A stretch of DNA of 61,241 bases. Source: a virus (taxonomy: Duplodnaviria > Caudoviricetes). The stretch covers positions 1-61,241 of the IMG/VR virus record IMGVR_UViG_3300028809_000014. One strand, given 5' to 3'. The notes beneath the pieces were generated by a model. The model saw only the letters and a program-made list of their open reading frames with translations, searched no databases and was not told the DNA's origin. Of the stretch, positions 1-8,910 are shown piece after piece; within the stretch, counting starts at the first letter, position 1; every line of letters begins with the position of its first letter. Position numbers and translations under genes: made by a program.

Positions 1-13
1 CCTCTGTCGCACC
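1..13. other. Putative cos site (cohesive end)
   Basis: Window starts CCTCTGTCGCACC, close to GCTCTGCGCACC, the reverse complement of the Chi cos as I recall it (GGTGCGCAGAGC); GpA-type terminase present. Confidence 0.55.
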
Positions 14-146
14 GTTCAGCAGTAGAAACCCTTTAGCGGCTACAGGGTTGGACGAAATTTTTTGTTTTTCGGCCAGGGGACCACCGGGTAACGCGGAAAC
101 ACGGGAGTTTGACCAGATTCGGCACTTTCGGACCCCGGATCGGAGC

Positions 147-523
147 CAAACGCGCAAGTATCCAAACTTGGACGACTGGATCGCAGGTTTAAACGGATTT
201 GTTTGATTCCCGGGCCTGTCTGCCTAGATACCTGGATAGACCCCCATTTTTCAGGTCTCTGGCTAAAATAAATAAATTATATTTTTTGTGTAGGCTAGGC
301 AAAGACTTCAAAAAGGGGGGGGTATCTAGGTATCTAGGCAGCAGAATCAGTCGTCCAAGTATCCCCGTTTAAATTTTCAGTCGTCCAAGTATCCGCGTTT
401 AAATCTCTCGCCCTCGACGCTTCGTGATGCTGCGGCCCCGTGGTCGCAAACGCGCAAGTATCCATATATGGACGACTGGCAGACCACCAACAAACGCGCA
501 AGTATCCATATATGGACGACTGG
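147..523. repeat. Iteron-like repeat array with AT-rich core; putative replication origin or terminase-binding region
   Basis: 33-bp CAAACGCGCAAGTATCCAnAnnTGGACGACTGG at 147, 447, 491; 28-bp TCAGTCGTCCAAGTATCCnCGTTTAAAT at 347, 377; 39-bp inverted repeat 220-258/303-341 around an AT-rich spacer. Confidence 0.8.
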
Positions 524-552
524 GTGTCGGTCGAGCGGAAAACTCACAGACG

Positions 553-577
553 AAAAAAATCCGCCACGAGGGCGGAT
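553..577 (-). terminator. Rho-independent terminator after primase
   Basis: ATCCGCC/GGCGGAT stem followed on the minus strand by a T tract. Confidence 0.75.
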
Positions 578-597
578 CGGTTGGCAAACGGTTTTCT

Positions 598-3132
598 TTA
601 AAACTCGTCGTCAGCGTCGAGGATCTCGTCCTTGCGCTTTTCGTAATACTCCAGCACCTTGTCAGGGTCGAGCACGTCGTTGTCCACGAACAGGGCCGGA
701 TCTTTCGACCAGAGGTACGTGCGCGAGCCGTTGATCGTCATGCGGCCGATCTGCTCGTAGCCTTCACGGTCGAGCATGGTGCCCAGGGCCTTGGCTGAAG
801 GGAACGCCACGTTGATCGCGTCGAAGGCTGCTTCGAGGTGGCCCGTGGCAACCAGCTTGCGCGAGACCAACTCCCAACCGTTGTCGTCGATCACCTCTTC
901 GAGAGTCAGAACGAACGGCGGCTTGGCGCGGCGGATCATCGCGAGCCGGGCCTTGGTGTCCGGGGCGTTGTCCATCGGCTTGAAGTCGTCGGCCTGCTTG
1001 TGATTGATCAGCCAATGACGCAGCGCGCCCGGCGACTCTTCAATGCAACCGTACAACTCGGCGTAGTAGTCCGGGTGCTCGGCCTTGAACTCCTTGAGCC
1101 GCTCGCGGTTCTGCCACTGGCTGAACAGCACGAGGTAGCGTCGGTCGTTGTCGGTGATGGGCAGCGCGTCCTTGAAGTTGGTGAAGAGCAGGTAGCTCGT
1201 CATCGCCTTGATGTTGTGGATCGGTTTGCCCTTGGGGTGGATCTCGACGATGGTGTTGGCAATGAACGGCTTGATCTTGTTGAGCACCTCGTGTTTGTTC
1301 TTGTCGTCCACCAGCCGCACTTCCTCGACGCACGCCAGCACCTGACCTTCGGCCCAGTCGCTGAAGTCCGAGTGGAAGATCTGTGCGTTGAGCATGCGCA
1401 CGTTCGAGATCCCCATGACCATTCGCATCATCTCGGCGAAGAAGGTCTTGCCGTCGCCTTCGACGCCTTGCAGCAGCACGCCGTAGCGCACGTGATCGCC
1501 CGGGTTCTGCACGACCCACGACAGCCAGTCGATCAACATGCGCTGCTCACGCTCATCAGGCAGCAAGTGGGCGATGTGCGCCTTCACGCGGTTGATCGCC
1601 TTGCGGTCACGTGGTGACAACTTCTCAGGCATGGCCGGGATCTCGTTCTCGTGGTAGGTGTTGGCGAACGTGCCGGCCTCGGTGTAGATGATGTCGTCGT
1701 CACCGGGCATGAACCGCAGACCGTTGACCACCGGCACGCGAAAGGTGTTGAGCGCTAGTTCCGATGCCGAGTTCGACGCGGCCTTCTTGCCGTCGAGCAG
1801 ATCCTTCTTCGTGAACGCCTTGCGGTCGTACATCGCGTCGAAGCCTTGCTTGCTGGCTGAGATCTTGCGCTTGAGTGAGAAGAAGCGGTCATTGCTCGTG
1901 TCGTACACCCAGTCGGTACACCACTCGGGGGTCTTGTCGTCAGCACCACCGGAAAATGCAATCGCCTTCTTGATCTCGGACAGCGGGGTCGCGGCGCCAG
2001 TGATCCCATCGAGCGACTTCTTCGCCACCTGGGACAGACGCGAGCGTGTGAGGCTGTCGATCTCGGCTTCGCGCGTGGCTGTGCGGGCCTCTTCCCATTC
2101 CTTTTGGGTCTTCGCGTTCTGGAATCGCTCTTGCAGTTCGACACCCAACTTCAGCGCCGCCGTCTCCATCGCTTCCTTCGCCATCTTCACGATGTAGCGG
2201 GCGGTGATGGGGGCACGCTTCTTGCCACGGATCGCGAACGACTTCCAGCGGCGATCCAGTTCGTCGGCGTCGTAGTTGTCGGCCTCGCTGGCCCACTCGT
2301 TCCACAACTCCAGCCCCTGGTCATCACCGTCGTACTGGTGATAGAGCGCCATGCCGATGTTGATCCACTCATCGTGGTCCTCGGGATGCGGCACCATCAT
2401 CAGGTAGTTGCGCAGTTCATCCTCTTCGATGTCGATGGCGTTGGAGTCTTCGGCCCACGGGTTGTCGTCACCACCGGATGCACCGGCAAGACGCTTACCC
2501 TTGATCTCGCTCCAGCCGCGCTCGCGTGCGAGTTCGTCGAAGTAGTCGAACAACTCTGCGATCTGGCCGGCATCGAGCGTTGGCAGATCCGCCGCGCGCA
2601 CGTTCAACGGGTTCTTCTTGTCAGGCCACGTGTACGGCTTGTTGGTGTCGGGGTGCTTGTGGAAGGCGACGAACTGCTGGCCGTCACCGAGCACCTCGAT
2701 CATCTGGTCTTGACACCACTCGTCCTGATACTTGGTCGAGCGCATCTTGCGGAAGGGCTCATCCGTGCGGAAGACGAAGAGGCGCTTGGGTGCTCGACCG
2801 ATACGCATGGGTGCAGCGCCGAATTTCTTGCGGACCCACGCGTCAACGAGTAGAGCGACCTCTTCATCACGCACGTCGATGTCGATGGCCGGTGTGTTCT
2901 TCGTCAGGACACCGACGCCGGCCCATCGGTGGCCGTCTTTATCAACCCATTCGCGGATCTGTGCCGTGGTTGCTCGTGCCTTTTGCCAGCCGTCGAAGCC
3001 GGGCGCCTTCTTTCCTACCGAGATAGGAACGACGGTGTATCCGTTTTCGATGAGACGTGGACCGTGAAGCGCGAGGTAACCGCCCTTTTGCGACAGAAAT
3101 TCCGCCTCTGTCAGCGGCTTCTTGTCGTTCAT
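598..3132 (-). CDS. Primase-helicase (Prim-Pol AEP + PriCT-2 + P-loop helicase)
   Basis: N-terminal VVPI..GKKAP, AIDID, GQQFVAF; W..IGMAL..W.EW PriCT-2-like segment; Walker A GVEGDGKT, CVEEV Walker B, DRRY. Confidence 0.88.
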   Translation of the reverse strand: MNDKKPLTEAEFLSQKGGYLALHGPRLIENGYTVVPISVGKKAPGFDGWQKARATTAQIREWVDKDGHRWAGVGVLTKNTPAIDIDVRDEEVALLVDAWVRKKFGAAPMRIGRAPKRLFVFRTDEPFRKMRSTKYQDEWCQDQMIEVLGDGQQFVAFHKHPDTNKPYTWPDKKNPLNVRAADLPTLDAGQIAELFDYFDELARERGWSEIKGKRLAGASGGDDNPWAEDSNAIDIEEDELRNYLMMVPHPEDHDEWINIGMALYHQYDGDDQGLELWNEWASEADNYDADELDRRWKSFAIRGKKRAPITARYIVKMAKEAMETAALKLGVELQERFQNAKTQKEWEEARTATREAEIDSLTRSRLSQVAKKSLDGITGAATPLSEIKKAIAFSGGADDKTPEWCTDWVYDTSNDRFFSLKRKISASKQGFDAMYDRKAFTKKDLLDGKKAASNSASELALNTFRVPVVNGLRFMPGDDDIIYTEAGTFANTYHENEIPAMPEKLSPRDRKAINRVKAHIAHLLPDEREQRMLIDWLSWVVQNPGDHVRYGVLLQGVEGDGKTFFAEMMRMVMGISNVRMLNAQIFHSDFSDWAEGQVLACVEEVRLVDDKNKHEVLNKIKPFIANTIVEIHPKGKPIHNIKAMTSYLLFTNFKDALPITDNDRRYLVLFSQWQNRERLKEFKAEHPDYYAELYGCIEESPGALRHWLINHKQADDFKPMDNAPDTKARLAMIRRAKPPFVLTLEEVIDDNGWELVSRKLVATGHLEAAFDAINVAFPSAKALGTMLDREGYEQIGRMTINGSRTYLWSKDPALFVDNDVLDPDKVLEYYEKRKDEILDADDEF

Positions 3133-3425
3133 ACGGTCGGTGTCTTGCTGGTCTTGATTTCGAGGGGGTAGACGAGATGATCTTCAGTGATCAGCGTCGT
3201 GCCGGTGCCGGCGATGATCGTGTGCGCCATGGCGCGAGAGAAACTGCCGTTGCGGATGTGTACGAGAATGGTCACGTTGTTCGTCATCTTGAGAAACTTC
3301 GTGAAGGCCCGGATGCTGGGACGACGGCAGTGGTGAAGCGCGAGAAGATAGATGATGAAGGTGAGGCGGGCGGTGGCTCGCGCCGAGTCGGTCTTCTGAG
3401 ACTCGACCCACTTGGGAAAGTACAT
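3129..3425 (-). CDS. Small putative HTH/Cro-like DNA-binding protein
   Basis: 98-aa ORF coupled to primase start; helical SIRAFTKFL segment; position typical of Chi-like phages. Confidence 0.5.
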   Translation of the reverse strand: MYFPKWVESQKTDSARATARLTFIIYLLALHHCRRPSIRAFTKFLKMTNNVTILVHIRNGSFSRAMAHTIIAGTGTTLITEDHLVYPLEIKTSKTPTV

Positions 3426-3472
3426 AGGGATGCTCCGGTTTGGTCAGGGACGAAAATATTCTACGACAGGGC

Positions 3473-3500
3473 TTGCGACTTGCGGTGAATGCTGCATAAT
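3473..3500 (+). promoter_or_regulatory. Possible sigma70 promoter for the replication operon
   Basis: TTGCGA-N16-CATAAT in the divergent intergenic region. Confidence 0.4.
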
Positions 3501-3676
3501 GCGGTCCATGCACACAGCAAACACCCTTCACACAGCGATGCACGCCGAGGTTATCGTGTAGCATCCGCTTCCCTCCCCAGTCGGCCAAGGCCGGCATCTG
3601 ATCACTTTCCCCGGCCGACGGCAAGACTTGCCCACCTGTTGACGGCTTTCAATTCTCGGGCTATGAGGAACCTCCA

Positions 3677-4051
3677 ATGACCATCGAAACCAAAATCGAC
3701 GAACTGATCGCAGCACTCGACCGCAACACCGCCGCCCAGGGTGGCAAGACCTCGGCTGGCGCCTCGGGCTCGGCCGGCACGACGAGCACCAAGGAAACCA
3801 CGACCAAGCCGTCCGGCAAGGGCAAGGCCGCCGCCTACGAGGCGCAGCACACCAAGGCTGAGGCCCAGGCGCTCGCCAACAAGGTGAAGGACGAGAAGGG
3901 CGTGGAAGTCATCCGTGGCCTGATCAAGAAGCTGGGCTACGACAAGCTGGCCGACATCGCCAAGGCCGAAGACCTCGACAAGCTGTACGACGCGTGCGAA
4001 GCCGAACTCGGTGAAGACGACGCGGGCGGCAGCGACGACGACGGCATCTAA
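3677..4051 (+). CDS. Conserved phage protein with low-complexity linker and helical C-terminal domain
   Basis: RBS GAGGAA; N-terminal coiled coil, G..V...IKKLG.DKLADI domain; usual neighbour of DUF2800 genes. Confidence 0.7.
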   Translation: MTIETKIDELIAALDRNTAAQGGKTSAGASGSAGTTSTKETTTKPSGKGKAAAYEAQHTKAEAQALANKVKDEKGVEVIRGLIKKLGYDKLADIAKAEDLDKLYDACEAELGEDDAGGSDDDGI

Positions 4052-4068
4052 TCGGCCTGGGACTGAGC

Positions 4069-5448
4069 GTGTCTGAGCATCCAATCAATCTGGTTGATCT
4101 CGCGGCGATTCGTGATGGCACCGGCCACACGATTTTCTCGCCATCGAGTTCGGCCATGTGGTTGACATGCTCAGGCTCGCTAATTCCAAACCTTCTCGCC
4201 CCCGACGACGCGGGCGAGGATGCCGCATACGGCACAGTGGCACACGAGTTGACTGAAGAGCAACTGAAAACAGGTCGTGTACCAGTGGATCGTATCGGTG
4301 AGACGGTCACCGTGAAGAACGGGAAGAACGTTTTCAAGATCCTGATCGATGAGGACATGCTGCGGCACGTGCAAACGGCCGTGGACTATTGCGAGTGGAT
4401 GCCCGGTGATCACTTCACCGAGCGTCGCGTCTTTTTTTCGGAGTACACCCCGCTAAAAAAACAGAGCGGCACGTCGGACTTCGCCAATTGCGAACCCCAC
4501 AAGTTGACGATCACCGATCACAAGTTCGGTCAAGGTGTGAAGGTCCATGCCGCGATGAACTACGACGATCCGCGCTGTGTGATCATCAACGACATCGACG
4601 ACAGCTTCGAGTTGAACGGGAATTCGCAGGGCCTGTTGTACGCCCTGGGTTTTTTCCTTGAGTACGACTGGATGTACGACTTCAAAGAGATCGTGATCCG
4701 CATCTCGCAGCCGCGTTTGGACCACTTCGACGAGTGGCGCACCACCCGAAAACACCTGCTCGCCTTTGCTGAGTTTGTTCGTCGTCGCTCGCACGACGCG
4801 TGGAAGCTCAACGCACCTCGCCGTGCCAGCACCAAGGGCTGCGAGTGGTGCAAGGTGAAGGCTGACTGCCCCACCTGGGCGGTGATGTACGAAGACATGG
4901 TGTCGGCCGCTTTCGACGTGCGTGCCGAGGCTGACATCGAGACGGTCGAGGAACTGAAGTCGCGCCTGGATGATCCGATCGATGGGTACAAGGTGCCGTT
5001 CGCCGATGCGATGAAGCTCACCACCGAGCAACTCGAAACGATCCTCACCTTCCGGCGTGCGTCAGAGAACTGGTTCAAGAAGATCGAGGAAACGTTGAAG
5101 CAACGCGCACGTGAAGGCGTTAAGCTCGGTCAATGGAAGCTGGTCGCGACGAACACACATCGCTTCTTCCGCCCTGGCGCCGTGAAGAAGATCCTCGCGC
5201 TGCCTGTGCCCACTGGCCGCAAGCCCATCACACGCGACGAACTCGTGAAAGAGACCGTTGTGTCGCCCGCAGAGGGTGAGAGAATTTTGGCGACGCACGG
5301 GTTCAAGCCCGCGCAGATCGAAACCCTGTTTGCTGACCTGACGGATCGACCGCCAGGACAGCCAACCCTAGCAAGGTCCAACGACAAGCGGCCCGAGCTA
5401 GGTGATCCGACCGATGGCGTCTTCGATGACGTGTCGGAGGATTTTTAA
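4069..5448 (+). CDS. Cas4-like PD-(D/E)XK exonuclease (DUF2800-like)
   Basis: H..FSPSS...W..C, GTVAHE, GTSD, D.KFGQG, Q..LYALG, CEWC.....CP. Confidence 0.85.
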   Translation: MSEHPINLVDLAAIRDGTGHTIFSPSSSAMWLTCSGSLIPNLLAPDDAGEDAAYGTVAHELTEEQLKTGRVPVDRIGETVTVKNGKNVFKILIDEDMLRHVQTAVDYCEWMPGDHFTERRVFFSEYTPLKKQSGTSDFANCEPHKLTITDHKFGQGVKVHAAMNYDDPRCVIINDIDDSFELNGNSQGLLYALGFFLEYDWMYDFKEIVIRISQPRLDHFDEWRTTRKHLLAFAEFVRRRSHDAWKLNAPRRASTKGCEWCKVKADCPTWAVMYEDMVSAAFDVRAEADIETVEELKSRLDDPIDGYKVPFADAMKLTTEQLETILTFRRASENWFKKIEETLKQRAREGVKLGQWKLVATNTHRFFRPGAVKKILALPVPTGRKPITRDELVKETVVSPAEGERILATHGFKPAQIETLFADLTDRPPGQPTLARSNDKRPELGDPTDGVFDDVSEDF

Positions 5449-5487
5449 ACCCTGAAACCCCGCTTAACCGCAAACCCGGAGTATGAA

Positions 5488-6150
5488 ATGAGCAAATTGG
5501 AAGTTGTGAAGAAGGTCAAGAATGGTGTGCTGTACCACGACGACAAGGGTGTACCGCACATCCGACTCGACAACGTGCGCATTTCCTACCCCTTCGTCGG
5601 CACGCCCTCGGAAGACGAGAACGATGAGGGCAAGACGCAGAAGAAGTGGCGCATCGTCGCGATGCTGCCCAAGTCGTCGCACAAGGAACTGAAAGACCTC
5701 GTGAAAGAGCAGATCAACTTGCTGATCGCCGACGCGCAGAAGAAGGACTCGAAGGTCAAGGTGCCGATGTCGCACTGGTGCCTCGCCGACGGCGACGAGA
5801 AGGAAGACTCGAACATGGAAGGCCACTTCCTCGTGAGCGCGAGCGACGGCAAGTACCGTCCGAAGGCTCGCGATGCGCGCGGCATCCTGATCGACGACAT
5901 CGACAAGATCGACGAGACGTTCTACGGCGGCTGCTGGGGCAACGTGATGATCCGCCTCTGGTACTTCAACGGCACCTCGAAGAACAACCCGAAGAAGGCC
6001 CTCGCCAAGCGTATCGTGGCCGGCTTCGTGGGTGTGCAGTTCGTTCGCAATGACGAGCCCTTCGGTTCGGGCAAGGTGGACGACGAAGACGCCTGGGATT
6101 CGGTCGAAGGCGAAGGCGGCGGCGACGGCGAAGACGACGGCGAAATCTGA
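5488..6150 (+). CDS. Single-stranded DNA-binding protein (DUF2815/gp2.5-like)
   Basis: NVRISYP, L.DGD, FYGGCW, VQFVRNDEPFG, acidic C-terminal tail. Confidence 0.85.
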   Translation: MSKLEVVKKVKNGVLYHDDKGVPHIRLDNVRISYPFVGTPSEDENDEGKTQKKWRIVAMLPKSSHKELKDLVKEQINLLIADAQKKDSKVKVPMSHWCLADGDEKEDSNMEGHFLVSASDGKYRPKARDARGILIDDIDKIDETFYGGCWGNVMIRLWYFNGTSKNNPKKALAKRIVAGFVGVQFVRNDEPFGSGKVDDEDAWDSVEGEGGGDGEDDGEI

Positions 6151-6209
6151 CCTGCGAAGGTCGCAACTCTCGGCCGCTTCGGCGGCCATTCACTCAAGAA
6201 GGAAAAATC

Positions 6210-6401
6210 ATGAAGCAAAGCAAAGTCAGTAAGGTCGGCGCGAAGGTCACTGTGACCCGTCGCAATGGCGAGAAGGTCAACGGCAAGGTCGTGAGCGTCG
6301 AAGACCGCCGCAATGGCCGCTGGGTCACGGTGAACGTCGCCGAACCCCGCAAGCCTGCTGTGCACGCCGTCGTGCGTGAATCGCAACTGACCGCGTTTTA
6401 A
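6210..6401 (+). CDS. Small basic beta-rich (SH3/KOW-like) hypothetical protein
   Basis: RBS AAGGA; KVGAKVTV...NGKVVSV pattern. Confidence 0.6.
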   Translation: MKQSKVSKVGAKVTVTRRNGEKVNGKVVSVEDRRNGRWVTVNVAEPRKPAVHAVVRESQLTAF

Positions 6402-6419
6402 ACAGCGCGTGCTCCCCAC

Positions 6420-6448
6420 AAAGCCCGGTTCGCCGGGTTTTTGTTTTT
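6420..6448 (+). terminator. Rho-independent terminator upstream of polymerase
   Basis: AAAGCCCGG-TTCG-CCGGGTTTT followed by T tracts. Confidence 0.7.
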
Positions 6449-6460
6449 GGAAGGAACGTT

Positions 6461-8593
6461 ATGGCATTTGTGAAAGCGCGCTCGGGAACGAAGTTCGGCG
6501 AAGAGCGCCCCACGGCAGTATCCGATACGGAGTGTCTGCCAAACTACTGGTCGATCTTCTTCAAGGATCTCGCAACCGGCCGCGTGGCAAAGATCCGCAA
6601 GATGAACGACGAGCCGCTCAACAAGCGGCAGATCGCCGCGATCATGAAGCGCTATCGCGTGGTCATGTTCAACTCGCGTCACTACGACGAACAGATGCTT
6701 GCCTACGCGATGCACGGGGCCAGCAATCGCGAGTTGAAGATCGCCAGCGACATGATCATTCAAGACGGCATGAAGCCCTGGCAGTTCTACGACTACTTCA
6801 AGTGCGACCGTCTGCCGCGCTTCGTGGACTTGATCGACTTGACCGAGGTGTCGCCAGGATCTCCAGGCAAGCCCAGCTTGAAACTGTCGGCCGCGCGCTT
6901 GCACGCTCGCAAGATCATGGAGATGCCGATCCCCCACGATCAGCCGATCACACCTGACAACATCAACATCCTCTACGAGTACGAGGACAACGACCTTGAG
7001 TTGACCGAGAACGTCTGGAACGAGTTGGCGCCGCAGATCCGCCTTCGGGCCTTGATGTCCGACGAACACAACGTCGATCTGCGTAGCAAGTCCGACGCAC
7101 AGATGGCCGAGGCTGTGCTGATTGCCGAGCTTGAGCGCATCACCGGCTCGAAGGTCAACAAGCCCGAGGTGCGCGCGAAGAAGTTCCGCTACAAGGTTCC
7201 CTCGTACATCAAGTTCAAGACGCCCGCCATGCAGGAATTGATCGCCAAGCTGGCGGTCTCTGACTTCCGCATCGATCACAGCGGCAAGGTCATCGAGCCT
7301 GACTTCCTGAAGAAGATGCCGCTGCCCCTTGGCGATGCGGTCTACACCATGGGTATCGGTGGTCTGCACTCCACCGAGAAAGCGCAGTGGTTCACGCACG
7401 ACCTTGAATGGCTGCTGCTTGATCGCGACGTGACCAGCTATTACCCGTCGATCATCCTGCTGCTGAAGCTGTTCCCTGAGCACCTGGGCCTTAACTTCCT
7501 CAAGGTTCTGCGCAAGCTCTACAACCGCCGCGTGCACGCTAAGAAGATGGCGGCCGAGTGCGCAAAGAACGGCGACAAGGAAGGCGCGCGCAAGTGGGGC
7601 GACATCGCCGAGACGCTGAAGATCGTGTTGAACGGTTTGTTCGGCAAGTTCGGCTCTCCCTACTCCTTGCTCTACGCGCCCGAGTTGATGATTCAGACCA
7701 CCATCACCGGACAACTGTCGGTGCTGATGCTGATCGAAGAACTCGTCGAGCGGGCCTTTGGCGTTGTGTCGGCGAATACCGACGGCTTTGTGACCCGCGT
7801 GCAGGCCTCGCGCCGCGACGAGTTCAACGCACTCATCATGGAGTGGGAGTGGGACACAGGTTTGAGCACGGACGAAACCGAGTACCAGTGGCTGTACTCG
7901 GCGAACGTCAACAACTACATCGCGCTCGACAAGAAGGACGGCAAGGTGAAACGCAAGGGTAAGTCTGCGACGCCTGCCGGTCCAGGTCAAAAGGGCGCAT
8001 CCGGCCTGAAGAAAAACCCGTGGGTCGAGGTGTGCATCGATGCCGTGGTTGCCTACCTCAAAGACGGCACGCCCATCGAAGACACGATCAACTATTGCGA
8101 GGACATTCGCAAGTTCGTCGGCGTCACGCGCGTCACAGGCAAGGGCGTCGTCGCGATGAAGGACGGTGAAGAAATCGGCCGTGCGATCCGGTTCTACTTC
8201 TCGACCGACACCAACACCGCGATCACCCGCAGCGACACGAACGCGCGCATCCCCAGCACGCAAGGCGCCATGCCGTTGATGGAGTTCCCGAAGGAGTTCA
8301 GCGGGGCCGACGACATCCCGGATGACATCGACTACGACTGGTACATCCGCGAGGCATACGCGGTGCTTGAGGGTTATGGCGTGCCCGTGCTCGATCCGAA
8401 GTTCAAGGGCCGCTCTGGCATCTTCACCGGCCTCATGGACGGAACGAAGACCTATCACACAGTCAACCTGCCGACCTGCGTGGCTGTGTGTGGCAAGAAG
8501 CCCAAGTCGATGCGCGAAACATGGTTGGAGATTGCAAAGCCGAATCGTGAGTTCCGCTACTGCGTCAAGTGCGTGAAGGGGAGCGACATATGA
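6461..8593 (+). CDS. DNA polymerase, family B, with 3'-5' exonuclease domain
   Basis: ExoI DTEC, ExoII FN..HYD, ExoIII Y..ND; motif A DVTSYYPS, motif B KIVLNGLFGK, motif C SANTDG. Confidence 0.92.
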   Translation: MAFVKARSGTKFGEERPTAVSDTECLPNYWSIFFKDLATGRVAKIRKMNDEPLNKRQIAAIMKRYRVVMFNSRHYDEQMLAYAMHGASNRELKIASDMIIQDGMKPWQFYDYFKCDRLPRFVDLIDLTEVSPGSPGKPSLKLSAARLHARKIMEMPIPHDQPITPDNINILYEYEDNDLELTENVWNELAPQIRLRALMSDEHNVDLRSKSDAQMAEAVLIAELERITGSKVNKPEVRAKKFRYKVPSYIKFKTPAMQELIAKLAVSDFRIDHSGKVIEPDFLKKMPLPLGDAVYTMGIGGLHSTEKAQWFTHDLEWLLLDRDVTSYYPSIILLLKLFPEHLGLNFLKVLRKLYNRRVHAKKMAAECAKNGDKEGARKWGDIAETLKIVLNGLFGKFGSPYSLLYAPELMIQTTITGQLSVLMLIEELVERAFGVVSANTDGFVTRVQASRRDEFNALIMEWEWDTGLSTDETEYQWLYSANVNNYIALDKKDGKVKRKGKSATPAGPGQKGASGLKKNPWVEVCIDAVVAYLKDGTPIEDTINYCEDIRKFVGVTRVTGKGVVAMKDGEEIGRAIRFYFSTDTNTAITRSDTNARIPSTQGAMPLMEFPKEFSGADDIPDDIDYDWYIREAYAVLEGYGVPVLDPKFKGRSGIFTGLMDGTKTYHTVNLPTCVAVCGKKPKSMRETWLEIAKPNREFRYCVKCVKGSDI

Positions 8594-8910
8594 GCGCGAA
8601 ACTCTTCTACGAGAAGACGATCAAGGAGATCGACAACATCGAGCAGCCTGCGCAGCGCTGGATGCGTGCTCGCGGTTGGATCTTCGAGAAGGTCGTCAGT
8701 CTGTCGCGCAACGGCTGGCCTGATCGTTGTGCGATCAAGTACGGACTTGTCATTTGGGTCGAGTTGAAGGCACCAAAGAAGACGCCGAAGCAACATCAAC
8801 TCGACATTCATGCGGCGATTCGTGCAAATGGCGGCACGGTCGTATGGTTCGACAACCTCGACGCCTTCAAGGCGTACTTCAGGACTATCGATGAGCAAAA
8901 CGCTTTCTAA
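8590..8910 (+). CDS. VRR-NUC domain nuclease
   Basis: GWPDR...VELKAP...Q; ATGA overlap with polymerase stop. Confidence 0.85.
   Translation: MSAKLFYEKTIKEIDNIEQPAQRWMRARGWIFEKVVSLSRNGWPDRCAIKYGLVIWVELKAPKKTPKQHQLDIHAAIRANGGTVVWFDNLDAFKAYFRTIDEQNAF

Noticed and set aside
147-523. 33-bp repeats as a mini CRISPR array
   Set aside because: Spacing is irregular (267 and 11 bp between copies), sub-motifs are inverted, and there is no cas operon.
399-798. Short ORFs over the left-end repeats
   Set aside because: Translations just mirror the DNA repeats; no RBS; they overlap a terminator and the primase end.
4069-5448. Cas4-like gene as evidence of a CRISPR system
   Set aside because: Solo DUF2800-type nucleases are standard in this replication module.
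6398-8458. 686-aa antisense ORF over the polymerase, and similar long antisense ORFs at 11885, 14187, 17231, 21612, 24621, 49084
   Set aside because: Shadow ORFs expected from high GC3 codon bias; no motifs, and they overlap well-supported genes.
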